From Rhodanobacteraceae bacterium (GTDB lineage: Bacteria; Pseudomonadota; Gammaproteobacteria; Xanthomonadales; SZUA-5), in assembly GCA_016713135.1 (NCBI GenBank), contig JADJPR010000012.1, forward strand, positions 12,601-76,600: 64,000 bases of DNA, in the 5' to 3' direction. This document shows, one piece after another, positions 1-9,874 of this stretch (position 1 is the first letter of the stretch; every line of letters starts with the position of its first letter). The position numbers were made by a program, and so were the translations under genes. The notes beneath the pieces are model-generated. The model had not been told where the DNA came from, made no database searches, and saw only the letters and a program-made list of their open reading frames with translations.

Positions 1-11
1 CCCGGATCTTG

Positions 12-34
12 GCAACAACCAACAACCGACAACC
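12..34. repeat. Right (C/A-rich) arm of a GGTTGTT-type tandem-repeat hairpin element, truncated by the window edge
   Basis: caacaaccaacaaccgacaacc (13-34) is the reverse complement of ggttgtcggttgttggttgttg at 60733-60754. Confidence 0.45.
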
Positions 35-89
35 GGAGGCGCGTTCACGTGCTCCAGGGAAGGGCCGGAACCCTACCGATCCACCACCA

Positions 90-659
90 TCACCCCTCGA
101 TCACCAGCAACAGCAGCGCCTTCACCCGCAGCCATTCGCGCTGCACCGTGCGTTCGGTGACGCCGAAGGTGGCGGCGATCTCGGCGCACTCCATGCCGCT
201 GAAGATGCGGCATTCGGCGATCCGCGCCAGCCGCGGGTCGCGACGGTCCAGGTCGCTGAGCGCCTGGTCCAGCGCGGTCAGCGCCTCGGGGCCGAGCGCG
301 AGGGACGCGCCGGGCTCGGCGCCCAGGTCTTCCAGGCTGAGCGCCGGCCCGCCGGCGCCGCGCTTGTCCGCGAGCTGCCGTCGCGCCGAGTCAACGATGA
401 TCTGGCGCATCGCGCGGGCGCACAGCGCAAGGAAGTGCTGCCGCGTCTCGGATGTCACTGCTCCGCTGCGTGCGAGCTTGAGGTAGCACTCGTTGACCAG
501 CAGCGTGGTCGACAGCTGGTCGCCGCGGCCATAGGCGTGCAGGCTGCGGCTGGCGACCGTCTTCAGCTCGTCGTAGGCGCTGGCGTACAGGCGGTCTCCG
601 GCATCCTGGTCGCCGCCGGCCCAGTCCGACAGCAGTCGCGAGAATTCGGTCGCTTCCAT
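90..659 (-). CDS. ECF-type sigma-70 factor (resembles the TIGR02999 / ECF43-like subgroup)
   Basis: ORF 90..737, trimmed to the internal Met (MEATEFSRLL, cat at 657-659). N-terminal pattern LLSDWAGGDQDAGDRLYASAYDELKTVA. Region 2 pattern LVNECYLKL. C-terminal region 4 HTH: ECAEIAATFGVTERTVQREW. Confidence 0.85.
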   Translation of the reverse strand: MEATEFSRLLSDWAGGDQDAGDRLYASAYDELKTVASRSLHAYGRGDQLSTTLLVNECYLKLARSGAVTSETRQHFLALCARAMRQIIVDSARRQLADKRGAGGPALSLEDLGAEPGASLALGPEALTALDQALSDLDRRDPRLARIAECRIFSGMECAEIAATFGVTERTVQREWLRVKALLLLVIEG

Positions 660-729
660 CGGTGGCCAGACTCCTGCGCGGGGATTGCGCGCATCTTGCC
701 GCAGGAACGGACTTACGCGGCTGATCGTG

Positions 730-2190
730 TCAATCAAACCAGGTCAGCGGCAGGTCCATCGGCACGCCCGGGTGCATCAGATTGCTGCCGCTGACATTGA
801 TCGTCACTTCGACCAGGTGCACGCCGGGCACGAGGATGCCGCCTGGCGCATCGGGCGCGCTGAGGAAGTTGGCGCTCAGCGTGCGGCTGGCCTGCGCGGC
901 GCCGGCCGCCAGCTGCTGCATGCCCACCGCCGCAACCGGCTGGCCATCCACCCGGATGCCCAGCAAGGCCGTGGCGAAGCTGTCCGCATTGCCGGCCTGG
1001 ATCCGGGTGCGCGCATTGAACAGCACGATGCCGTCGTGCCCCGGCGGGATGGTCACCCATGCGCTGGCGAGCACCACATCGCTGCCTGCGGGCGGGCAGC
1101 TGGCCACGCCCTGGGTGGTGGCGACACAGCGCCAGGTGTAGGTGGAACAGAACTGCGGCGCCCCGCTGGTGGCCGCGCCGGACACGCCACCGCCAGCGGC
1201 ACTCAGCAGGCGTGCGCTGCCCAGGCCCCAGCACACGCCGTTCTCGTGCGGGCCGCTCGGGCTGCAGGCCTGGTCGCTGCCGAAGGCCAGCTCGCTCGCC
1301 ACCAGTTCCAGCGCACGCGACTGTCCCGGCAGCAGCCGCTGCACCCCGTGCAGCATCACGGGAGCCTGCTTCTCGGCGTCCGGGTCGATGTCGTTGACGC
1401 TCCACGAGGCGGCGTGGGTGTCCGGGCAGATGCCATCGGCGCGCAGGCCGAGGAGGGCATCGCCATGGCCATCGTCGATGCCGCTGTTGCAGGCATGGAA
1501 GGCGCGCCCGGCGGCCAGCGTGACCACATCCAGCGTGCGCGTGCCCGGGTTGCGCAGGGTGTGCGCCAGCAGCGGCAGCAGCGGGCGGTCGTCATCGCCC
1601 TCGTTGACGTCGATCCCCTGCGCCGGCGCATAGGTGGTGACATTCACATTCGCGCTGGCGCCCGGCAGCGCCTGCGACTGCAATTGCGACAGGGGCTGCA
1701 CCAATACCGAGAGCCCGCTGCCCGAGCCAATGCGGAAGCGCCCGGGCCGAGAAGGGTGCGCACTGGCGACCAGGTCCACGGTGTGCGTGCCGGCGCCGAG
1801 CACGGCATCGGCGATGACGTTGAATCCGTGCATCACCGGCCGCTGCGACGAGCCCCAGTCCATCAGCGACACCGAGGATTGCGATTCGTCACCGTCGAAG
1901 CGGATACGCAGCGCAGCCGCGGGCGCATCGACCGGGAAATGCCGGCCATCCGCCACCGCCAGCACTCGCGTCGGCGCGGTCAGGGTGAAGCTGTGCGCCA
2001 GCACCACCGTCGGCGCCGTTCCACTGATCTGCAGGTCCGCGGTCAGCCGGCGGAAACTCGACTGCGCCCGCGCGCAGGCCTCGAAGCTGTCCGCACGGAT
2101 CACATCGGGCGCGCTCAGCGGACAGGCGCACGCCGCTGCGCCGGTAAGCAACAGCGACGCGGCGATCAGCCAGGAGCGAAGGGTCGTCAT
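730..2190 (-). CDS. Secreted Cys-rich hypothetical protein (486 aa)
   Basis: ORF 730..2310, trimmed to MTTLRSWLIAASLLLTGAAACA (signal peptide, cat at 2188-2190). High-GC3 codon use. I recognise no catalytic motif. It lies 70 nt upstream of the sigma gene and is co-directional with it. Confidence 0.6.
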   Translation of the reverse strand: MTTLRSWLIAASLLLTGAAACACPLSAPDVIRADSFEACARAQSSFRRLTADLQISGTAPTVVLAHSFTLTAPTRVLAVADGRHFPVDAPAAALRIRFDGDESQSSVSLMDWGSSQRPVMHGFNVIADAVLGAGTHTVDLVASAHPSRPGRFRIGSGSGLSVLVQPLSQLQSQALPGASANVNVTTYAPAQGIDVNEGDDDRPLLPLLAHTLRNPGTRTLDVVTLAAGRAFHACNSGIDDGHGDALLGLRADGICPDTHAASWSVNDIDPDAEKQAPVMLHGVQRLLPGQSRALELVASELAFGSDQACSPSGPHENGVCWGLGSARLLSAAGGGVSGAATSGAPQFCSTYTWRCVATTQGVASCPPAGSDVVLASAWVTIPPGHDGIVLFNARTRIQAGNADSFATALLGIRVDGQPVAAVGMQQLAAGAAQASRTLSANFLSAPDAPGGILVPGVHLVEVTINVSGSNLMHPGVPMDLPLTWFD

Positions 2191-2229
2191 GCGGCGGATG
2201 ATGCGACAGTCGCACGCTCGCCGGACCCT

Positions 2230-2505
2230 GTTCAACGCGGAGACGCAGAGGACGCGGAGAAAAGCATGAGAAAGCTCTTCTCTGCGTCTTTGCGTCCTGG
2301 CGCCGAGCACCGTTCAACGCGGAGACGCAAAGGACTCGGGGAGAAGCATCATGAAGCTCTTCTTTGCGTTCCTTTGCGGCCTTCGCGTCTTTGCGTTGAA
2401 CCGTTCCGGCAACAGCACCCAGCGCAGACGCAGAAGACGCGGAGAGAAGCATCCACAAGCTCTTCTCCGCGTTCCTTTGCGTCCTTGGCGTCTCCGTGTT
2501 GAACC
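2230..2505. repeat. Family A hairpin elements, three tandem copies (GTTCAACGCGGAGACGCAGAGGACGC ... GCGTCTCCGTGTTGAAC)
   Basis: Arms are made of GGAGACGC / AGAGGACGC / AAAGGACGC units and their complements. A complete copy at 2312-2403 is flanked by two partial copies. The same family occurs at 18549, 37275, 43432 and 63776. Confidence 0.85.
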
Positions 2506-2522
2506 GCCCGTCCGGAGCAGGC

Positions 2523-4250
2523 TCAGAGGGCGTCGTAGCTCAGCAGGTCGAACTGGATGCTGTCCGAGTCGGTGTTCTTCTGGCGCGCGACGAAGGCGTA
2601 GTTGCGTCCTTCCTCCAGCTTGGCGGTCATCATCTGCTCGACCTGCGGGTTGACGTAGAGCACCACGCGCTTGCCGTCCGCGGTCTGCATCTCCATCGCG
2701 CTGCCGCCGATGATGCCCTCGTGCACATCGTTGATGCGCAGGCCGTCGCGATCGGCCGGCTGGCGGGACACCAGCCTTCCCTGGATGCGCGCGATCTTGC
2801 GCCAGACCGGGTCGTTCTCCGGATCGTAGCCGGCTGGGTCTTCCAGCATCTTCTTCTCGGATTCGGCGGCCAGCGCCATGATCTCGTCCAGGCTCTGGAA
2901 GCGGATCGCCCACTCCCAGCTGCCGGTGTCGCGGCGGATGTGGTCGGCGGCGGAGAAGAACTGTTCGCTCCAGCCGGTCGGGCAGGTCTGGCAGGTGTCG
3001 TAGTTGTCGGCATAGTCCTGCAGGCGCTCCTTCAGGCTGTCGATGCGGTCATGGAATTCCAGGTGCACGCCGGCGCCCAGCGCGACGCCGACCTGCTTGC
3101 TGCCGGTGGCCACCACCAGCACCGCACCGTTGCCCACGTCCAGTTTGCCGACGCGCAGCTGGCGCATCATCGCCGCGGCGTAGTCGTCGGCGCTCAGGCC
3201 GTGCAGGTCCTTGACCAGCAGAGAGACGATCTCGACGCCGCTCGCCTGCGCGTGCTCGTACATCTGCTTCTCGAAGCTGGCGCGCACCGCAGGATCGAGC
3301 AGCCCGGTTTCGTCCATGACGAAGCGGTCGAACTTGGCCGGGATGGCGTTCGGGTCCGGCAGCGGCAGGGTATCGACGCGGCCAGCAGCAGCAGGCAGCG
3401 GCGCGGCAGTGTCCGGGGCCTCCACCGTCGGCTGCGCCGAGGCGATGGTCGCGGTCGCCGGCTCAGTGGTGCTGGCCGGCGGCGGCGCGGCAGGCGTGGC
3501 CGGCGCCGTGGTGGCAACCGCCTCGTCGCTGCAGTCGCTGGACTGCTGCGAGCAGGCCTGGGTCCAGCCTTCCTGGATCGCCTTGACCCGCTTGCTGCGG
3601 CCCGGATGGGTTTTGCCATCCTGCTCGGGCACCAGGGTGTTCATCGCCTTCTGCGCATCGGCGAGCATTGCGCCCATCTTGTACAGCACGAAGCCGGAGA
3701 ACTTGTCGGCCTCCAGCTCGGTCGGCGGCTGGCTGCCGCCCGGCATGATGGTGTGACCGGACAGGTGGTGCCCGATCTCGTGCGCCATGATGCTGATCGG
3801 CGCCCAGTCGTTGTTGGCGGTGGCGGCGCGCACCTCGGACATGAACTTCGGGTTGTAGGCGATCACCCGGCGCGGCAGCTTGTCCGGCCCGAGCATGATC
3901 ACCGCCGCTGCGTTCGGCACTTCGCCCTCGACCACGTCGAAATTCTGCGGCAGGCCGGTGTAACGCATGATCTGCGCGACCACATCCTTGCCGCTGGCGT
4001 TGACGCCCAGCGCGAGCTGCGAAGGGTTCACCTGCAGCGGGGAGCCGTCGTAGGAGCAGGCCTGCAGCGCCATCGCCACCTCGGCGACCATCTCGGCCTC
4101 GCTGAGTGCCTTCGCAGCCGTGCCTACCGCGGCGTCGGCCGCTTTCTGCGCGGTGTCCGCAGCCGGCGTGCCGCTGTCGCCGCAGGCAGCCAGCGCGAAC
4201 AGCACTGCGGTGTAAAGGAGGTGGCGGCGGTGGGGAGCCTGGATGTTCAT
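2523..4250 (-). CDS. Lipoprotein with an N-terminal HExxH zinc-metallopeptidase-like domain, a Pro/Ala/Thr linker, a TPM-like domain and a C-terminal extension
   Basis: Starts MNIQAPHRRHLLYTAVLFALAAC (lipobox LAAC). Metallopeptidase-like motif: MAHEIGHHLSGH...ELEADKFSG. TPM-like stretch: VEIVSLLVKDLHGLSADDYAAAMMRQLRVGK...NGAVLVVATGSKQVGVALGAG. Confidence 0.7.
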   Translation of the reverse strand: MNIQAPHRRHLLYTAVLFALAACGDSGTPAADTAQKAADAAVGTAAKALSEAEMVAEVAMALQACSYDGSPLQVNPSQLALGVNASGKDVVAQIMRYTGLPQNFDVVEGEVPNAAAVIMLGPDKLPRRVIAYNPKFMSEVRAATANNDWAPISIMAHEIGHHLSGHTIMPGGSQPPTELEADKFSGFVLYKMGAMLADAQKAMNTLVPEQDGKTHPGRSKRVKAIQEGWTQACSQQSSDCSDEAVATTAPATPAAPPPASTTEPATATIASAQPTVEAPDTAAPLPAAAGRVDTLPLPDPNAIPAKFDRFVMDETGLLDPAVRASFEKQMYEHAQASGVEIVSLLVKDLHGLSADDYAAAMMRQLRVGKLDVGNGAVLVVATGSKQVGVALGAGVHLEFHDRIDSLKERLQDYADNYDTCQTCPTGWSEQFFSAADHIRRDTGSWEWAIRFQSLDEIMALAAESEKKMLEDPAGYDPENDPVWRKIARIQGRLVSRQPADRDGLRINDVHEGIIGGSAMEMQTADGKRVVLYVNPQVEQMMTAKLEEGRNYAFVARQKNTDSDSIQFDLLSYDAL

Positions 4251-4326
4251 GCGCGGATTCCTCGGGAGAGTGCGGAACTGGGGATGGATGGCGCGGTGCG
4301 CGCCACGCACCGGATGGCGCCGGCAA

Positions 4327-5112
4327 TCAGGCCAGCTGCGCCATCACCAGCCTGACCAGCAGCCAGGCAAAGCCGGCGAGTAGCAACCACTTGATGCCGG
4401 CGAACAGCAGCACGGCGAGCAGCAGCCGCCACCACTCGCGCTTCCAGTCGAGCAGGTAGAACTGCTGGAAGGCGATCGCGACGATCAGCATCTCCACGCC
4501 ATCCATGTACCACGGCGACCATTCCCGGTGCGCGGCGAGGAAGCCCGGATCGCGCCAGATCAATCGCGGCAGCAGGTTGACGATGTTTGCGAGGATGATC
4601 AGAAAATGGCCGTAAATCGCGAGCACCAAGTGCTCGGTGAAGTTGTAGCCGAGCCGATTGCGGAACATCAGGTTGGCGGTGACCAGGATGGCCACGATGC
4701 CGATCGAGAACGACCACTGTCCGTAGGACTGCGCCAGTTGCAGGGCGCGGCTGCTGCCGGCATCCGCGGAGTCGAGGAAGCGCGACTGCGCCAGCAGCAG
4801 CAACAGCACGCCGATCGCGATCAGCAGCAGCTTCAGCGGGTGCACGTGCTTCTTGCGCGCGCCCATGACGAACTCGCGCGCCACCTTGCCCGGCCCGATC
4901 AGCGTGCGCCAGACCGAGCGCAGCGTGGCGAAGTCGAACACCCGCACCTTGTCCCAGGCCTCGCTGGCGATGGTGTTCAGGCGGAAGCGCTCGGCGCGCT
5001 TCTGACCGCAGGCCGGGCACCAAGGCGAGTCGATCCGCTGGCCACAGTTGTGGCACTGCGGCAGGGCGAAGTGGGTGTCCGTCAGCACGGGTTCGCTGGG
5101 GGGCGGGCTCAT
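4327..5112 (-). CDS. Zinc-ribbon membrane protein (DUF3667-like)
   Basis: Starts MSPPPSEP (cat at 5110-5112). N-terminal CHNCGQ...CPACGQ zinc ribbon, followed by several hydrophobic helices. Confidence 0.7.
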   Translation of the reverse strand: MSPPPSEPVLTDTHFALPQCHNCGQRIDSPWCPACGQKRAERFRLNTIASEAWDKVRVFDFATLRSVWRTLIGPGKVAREFVMGARKKHVHPLKLLLIAIGVLLLLLAQSRFLDSADAGSSRALQLAQSYGQWSFSIGIVAILVTANLMFRNRLGYNFTEHLVLAIYGHFLIILANIVNLLPRLIWRDPGFLAAHREWSPWYMDGVEMLIVAIAFQQFYLLDWKREWWRLLLAVLLFAGIKWLLLAGFAWLLVRLVMAQLA

Positions 5113-5428
5113 GGTTGGTCGTCGGGCGCTTTCCTGCGCCGCATGCGGTGGCTGAGACCCAGCTGTCTGCGAAGGAAACGTGAAGCATAGTCCTGGGCGG
5201 AACCGGAATCGTCGGGCGGTCATCCAGGCATGCGCACTCCCACGGCGTTTTCTCCGCCGCGTCGACAGCATTCGTTCAGCCAGGCGACGGGATCGCAGAT
5301 TGACTTGATCGCACCGGGCACGCGTAATCCGGCGGCACCACCCAGCAATGACGGGGCAAGATGGTCCCTTCCTCGACGGCCGCGAACCCGCTCGGCCTTG
5401 CGTCACGCGCATGCACCCGGACAGGCCG

Positions 5429-6436
5429 ATGAGCCGCACTGTCCTGGTCACCGGCGGCGCCGGTTACCTCGGCAGCATCACCTGCGTGCGCCTGGTCGAA
5501 TGCGGCTACCGCCCGCTGCTGCTGGATGATTTCAGCAACAGCCATCCGGCGGTCATCGAGCGCATCTCGCGACTGACCGGCCAGGCGGTGAGCTGGGTCC
5601 GCGGCGATGTCCGCAACGGCGGATTGCTCGATGAGTTGCTGGCGCGCGAACCCATCGCAGCAGCGATCCACTTCGCCGGCCTGAAGGCGGTGGGCGAGTC
5701 GACCCGGCGCCCGCTCGACTACTGGGACATCAATGTGGGTGGCACTTTTTCCCTGCTGCGAGCGCTCGAACGAGCCGGCGTGCGCAGGCTGGTGTTCAGT
5801 TCCTCGGCTGCGGTCTATGGCGAGCCGCGAAAGATGCCGCTGGGCGAGGACTCGCCGCTGGCGCCGACCAGCCCGTACGGGCGCACCAAGCTCGCTGCGG
5901 AGCGCCTGATCGCCGACGTGGCGGCCACGCGGCCGGATTGGGCGGCTGCCTGCCTGCGCTACTTCAACCCGGTGGGCGCGCATCCCAGCGGCCTGCTCGG
6001 CGAGGATCCACGCGGCGTGCCTGGCAACCTGATGCCCTTCATTGCGCAGCTCGCGGCGGGCCGCCACCGCGAACTCGTGGTGCACGGCAACGACTACCCG
6101 ACTGCCGATGGTACTGGCGTGCGCGACTACATCCATGTGCTCGATCTCGCCGATGCGCATGTCGCCGCGCTGCGCCACCTCGAAGGCCATCCCGGCGTGC
6201 ACTGCTTCAACCTCGGCACCGGTCGCGGCTACAGCGTGCTCGAACTGAAGGCCGCCTTCGAGCGCGCCTGCGGACGCGAACTGCCGCACCGCATCGGGCC
6301 GCGACGCCCCGCCGATGTCAGCGCCTCGGTGGCCGACCCCAGCCGCGCCTGCGAAGTGCTGGGCTGGCAAGCGGCGCGCGACCTGGACCAGATGTGCGCA
6401 GACACCTGGCGCTGGCAGCGCTCGCATCCGGCTTGA
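5429..6436 (+). CDS. galE: UDP-glucose 4-epimerase
   Basis: VLVTGGAGYLGS Rossmann motif, SPYGRTK (YxxxK) and NLGTGRGYSVLE. The length (335 aa) is typical. Confidence 0.9.
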   Translation: MSRTVLVTGGAGYLGSITCVRLVECGYRPLLLDDFSNSHPAVIERISRLTGQAVSWVRGDVRNGGLLDELLAREPIAAAIHFAGLKAVGESTRRPLDYWDINVGGTFSLLRALERAGVRRLVFSSSAAVYGEPRKMPLGEDSPLAPTSPYGRTKLAAERLIADVAATRPDWAAACLRYFNPVGAHPSGLLGEDPRGVPGNLMPFIAQLAAGRHRELVVHGNDYPTADGTGVRDYIHVLDLADAHVAALRHLEGHPGVHCFNLGTGRGYSVLELKAAFERACGRELPHRIGPRRPADVSASVADPSRACEVLGWQAARDLDQMCADTWRWQRSHPA

Positions 6437-6554
6437 GCCATCGCCCTGACGGAACCCCGAGTCACGATCGGCGCCGTGGACCTCTGTTCTTGTGGCGTCT
6501 GGCTTCGAGTGCGACCGGTGCGTCGCCGCGCCGACTGGCGCCACACCGCCGGCG

Positions 6555-7913
6555 CTATTTACCGATGCAGAAGCTGGCGAAGATCTCGCCCAGCAGGTCG
6601 TCGGCGCGATAACGGCCGGTGATCTCGCCGAGCGCCTCGTGGGCAAGGCGCAGGTCTTCGGCAGCGAGTTCCCCGCGGCCGTCGGCGAGGGCGTGCGCAC
6701 GGGCGGTGGCGAGGTGCTGCTGGCAGCGCGCCAGCGCATCCACATGCCGGGCGCGGGCGCTGAAGTCGCCGGCGCTGCCTTCGGCCAGGCCGGCGTGCTG
6801 CAGCAGCGCATGCCGCAGCAGGTCGAGGCCGGCGCCGGTCTTGGCTGACAGGTACACGTGCACGCCGTCATCGCGGCGCTCGCTGCGCGGCTCGCCGCCG
6901 GTCAGGTCGAGCTTGTTGTGGATGGTCAGGCGGGGCGGAAGCGAACCCCGGCTTTCCGGGTCCAGGGTCTCGGGTCCCGGGTCCAGGCCTTCCGGCGCCT
7001 CGACCCACAACACCAGATCCGCCCTGCGCGCCTCGCGGTTGGCGCGGGCGATGCCTTCGGACTCCACCTCGTCGGCGGTCTCGCGCAGGCCGGCGGTGTC
7101 GACGATGGTCAGCGGCAGGCCGTCGACGATGAGGTGCTCGCGCAGCACGTCGCGGGTGGTGCCCGGGATCGCGGTGACGATCGCGCGGTCGTGCCCGGCC
7201 AGCGCGTTCAGCAGGCTGGACTTGCCGACGTTCGGCGCACCCAGGATCACCACGTTCAGCCCGTCGCGCAGGCGCTGGCCGCGGCGGGCGCCCGCGAGCA
7301 GTTCGTGCAGCGTCAGCTCGACCGCGGCGAAGCGCGCGCGCACCTCGCTGGTCTTGAGGAAGTCGATCTCTTCCTCGGGGAAGTCGATCGCCGCCTCGAT
7401 GTACACCCGCAGCTCGACCAGCTGGCGCGACAGCGCCTCGATGCGGCGGCTGAACTCGCCGTCGAGCGAGCGCATCGCGGCGCGCGCGGCGCTCTCCGAG
7501 CCCGCGGCGATCAGATCGGCCACCGCCTCGGCCTGGGCCAGGTCGAGCTTGTCGTTGAGGAAGGCGCGCTCGCTGAACTCGCCCGGCCGCGCGAGCCGCG
7601 CACCGAGTTCCACGCAGCGCCGCAGCAGTGCGCCGAGCAGCACCGGCGAGCCATGCGCCTGCAGCTCGATCACGTCCTCGCCGGTGAAAGACCTGGGTCC
7701 GGGGAAGGCCAGCAGCAGCCCGTCGTCGATCAGCTCGCCGGCGCCGTCGCGGAAGCGGCAGCGGTGGGCGAAACGCGGCTTCGGCCGGCGGCCGAGGAAA
7801 GCGTGCGCCATGGCCAGCGCCAGCGGCCCGGACACCCGCACCACGCCAATGCCGCCGGGGCCGGCGGGCGTGGCGATGGCGGCGATGGTGGGTTGGGCGT
7901 GGCTTGAGGTCAT
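6555..7913 (-). CDS. mnmE: tRNA uridine-5-carboxymethylaminomethyl modification GTPase MnmE
   Basis: TIAAIATPAGPGGIGVVRVSG N-terminus. G-domain motifs GAPNVGKSSLLN and DTAGLR. Ends with CIGK. Located next to yidC. Confidence 0.95.
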   Translation of the reverse strand: MTSSHAQPTIAAIATPAGPGGIGVVRVSGPLALAMAHAFLGRRPKPRFAHRCRFRDGAGELIDDGLLLAFPGPRSFTGEDVIELQAHGSPVLLGALLRRCVELGARLARPGEFSERAFLNDKLDLAQAEAVADLIAAGSESAARAAMRSLDGEFSRRIEALSRQLVELRVYIEAAIDFPEEEIDFLKTSEVRARFAAVELTLHELLAGARRGQRLRDGLNVVILGAPNVGKSSLLNALAGHDRAIVTAIPGTTRDVLREHLIVDGLPLTIVDTAGLRETADEVESEGIARANREARRADLVLWVEAPEGLDPGPETLDPESRGSLPPRLTIHNKLDLTGGEPRSERRDDGVHVYLSAKTGAGLDLLRHALLQHAGLAEGSAGDFSARARHVDALARCQQHLATARAHALADGRGELAAEDLRLAHEALGEITGRYRADDLLGEIFASFCIGK

Positions 7914-7934
7914 GTCGTGCCGGGCGGCAAGCAA

Positions 7935-8146
7935 GGTGAAAAGTGAAATGTAAAACGTCAATGGCGCAAGGCACACGAACGCCTCAGGCCCATTGACGTT
8001 TTACGTTTGACGTTTCACCCATCGCGAGTCGGGGGGGCATGCCGGGCCCCGGGGCCAAGGGGGGGAAAGAGGAAAGGAAAACGTCAATGGCGCAAGGCAC
8101 ACGAGCGCCTCAGGTCCATTAACGTTTCACTTTTGACGATTCACTG
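7935..8146. repeat. Family D hairpin elements, two copies (GTGAAAAGTGAAA ... TTTCAC arms, duplicated AACGTCAATGGCGCAAGGCACACGAGCGCCTCAGGCCCATTGACGTT core)
   Basis: The core palindrome occurs at 7954-7999 and again at 8079-8125. AGTGAAA-type units flank it. Related elements lie at 19799 and 62733. Confidence 0.8.
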
Positions 8147-8170
8147 CCACGCCGGCAAAGCCGGCGTTGC

Positions 8171-9874
8171 TCACTTGCTCGCCTCGATCCTCTTCGTGAT
8201 CACCACCTGCTGGATCAGGCCGAGCAGGCCGTTCGACAGCCAGTACAGCACCAGGCCCGCCGGGAAGAAGGCGAACATCACGCCGAAGATCAGCGGCATC
8301 GACTGCAGCACTTTTTTCTGCACCGGATCCATGCCGGGTGTGGGCGACAACTTCTGGGTGTACCACATGACGGCGACGTTCAGCACCGGCAGGATGTACA
8401 TCGGATCCTTCAGCGAGAGATCGTGGATCCACAGGAAGAACGGCGCCTGGCGCAGTTCCACCGCCTCGAAGATCACCCAGTACAGGGCGAAGAACACCGG
8501 CAGCTGGAGCAGCAGCGGCAGGCACCCGCCGATCGGGTTGACCTTCTCCTGCTTGAACAGATCCATCTGCGCCTGCGCCATCTTCTGGCGGTCGTCGCCG
8601 TAGCGCTCCTTGAGCTGCTCCAGGCGCGGCTGCAGCTTGCGCATCTTGGCCATCGAGCGGTACTGCGATTCGGACAAGCGATAGAAGGCGAGCTTGACCA
8701 GCAGCGTCAGCAGGATGATCGCCATGCCCCAGTTGCCGACCAGCTTGTGGATCTGGCTGAGGATCCAGAACAGCGGCTGGGCGATGAACGACACCATGCC
8801 GTAGTCCACCGTGTACTGCAGGCCCGGGGCCACGTCCGGGAGTTTGTTCTGCAGCTTGGGGCCGAGGTACAGGCGGGCGCCGATGCTGCCGCTGGCACCC
8901 GGCGCAACCTCGACCAGCGGCGACTTCTGGCGCATCAGGTAGCGCGTGGGCAGGCTGCCGTTCGGCTGCAGGATCGCGGTTTCGTAGGTGGTCTGCTCGG
9001 CGGCGTCCGGCACCCAGGCGCCGACGAAGTAATGCTGCTGCATCGCCGACCAGCCGCCGGCGAAGGTGCGCCGGTAGGGTTCCTCGGCGTAGTTCTCGAA
9101 CTTGAGCTTCTGGTACTTCTCGTCCGGGCTGTAGATCGACGCGCCGACGTAGGCGTAGAGCTCGGGGTTGTTGAAGGCGAAGGCCGACGGCCGCGGCGGC
9201 GGCACGCGCTGCATCTGGCGGTACTGGCTGCCCTTCCACGGCGCGGCCGACTGGTTGCTGATCTCGTGGCGGACGCCGACGGTGAAGCTGCCGCGCTCCA
9301 GTCGGATCAGCTTGCGTACCGACACGCCCGACGCATCGGTCCAGGTGAACGGCACTTCGAGCGCGGCCTCGCCGGCCGGCAGTTCGAAGCGGTCGCCTTC
9401 AACACTGTAACTGGCCGTGTGGTCCGGCGCCGGCGCATCGACCGCGACCAGGCCGGTCTGCGAGATGAAGTAGCGGCTGAGTTCCTCGTTGAGCAGCTTG
9501 ACCGGGATGTCCTTGCGCTCGAGGCTGATCGGGTAGGTCAGCAGTTCTGCCTGGCGGATCTCGGCGCCACGGGTGGACACGGTCAGGCGCAGCACGTCGT
9601 TGGCGATGATGACCGTGCGGCCCTCCGCCACCGCGGCGGGCGCGGCCGTCTCGGCAGCAGGGGGCGCCGCGGCGGCATCGGCCGGCGGCGCCTCGGGTAC
9701 TTCGCCATCGGCGCTGGTGGCGGTTGTGGGCACATCGGCGCCGGGCGCGGGCATGCCGTCGGTCGCCACCGCTGCCGGCTCCGGCTTCGGGCCGTAATCG
9801 GCCTGCCAGGCGGACCACAGCTGCAGGCCAACCAGGGCGAGGCCGAGCAGCAGGAACAGACGCAGGTTGCTCAT
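8171..9874 (-). CDS. yidC: Membrane protein insertase YidC
   Basis: 567 aa. N-terminal TM helix, large periplasmic domain, conserved C-terminal core (GCLPLLLQLPVFFALY...GLVLYW). Position is rnpA-yidC-mnmE. Confidence 0.95.
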   Translation of the reverse strand: MSNLRLFLLLGLALVGLQLWSAWQADYGPKPEPAAVATDGMPAPGADVPTTATSADGEVPEAPPADAAAAPPAAETAAPAAVAEGRTVIIANDVLRLTVSTRGAEIRQAELLTYPISLERKDIPVKLLNEELSRYFISQTGLVAVDAPAPDHTASYSVEGDRFELPAGEAALEVPFTWTDASGVSVRKLIRLERGSFTVGVRHEISNQSAAPWKGSQYRQMQRVPPPRPSAFAFNNPELYAYVGASIYSPDEKYQKLKFENYAEEPYRRTFAGGWSAMQQHYFVGAWVPDAAEQTTYETAILQPNGSLPTRYLMRQKSPLVEVAPGASGSIGARLYLGPKLQNKLPDVAPGLQYTVDYGMVSFIAQPLFWILSQIHKLVGNWGMAIILLTLLVKLAFYRLSESQYRSMAKMRKLQPRLEQLKERYGDDRQKMAQAQMDLFKQEKVNPIGGCLPLLLQLPVFFALYWVIFEAVELRQAPFFLWIHDLSLKDPMYILPVLNVAVMWYTQKLSPTPGMDPVQKKVLQSMPLIFGVMFAFFPAGLVLYWLSNGLLGLIQQVVITKRIEASK

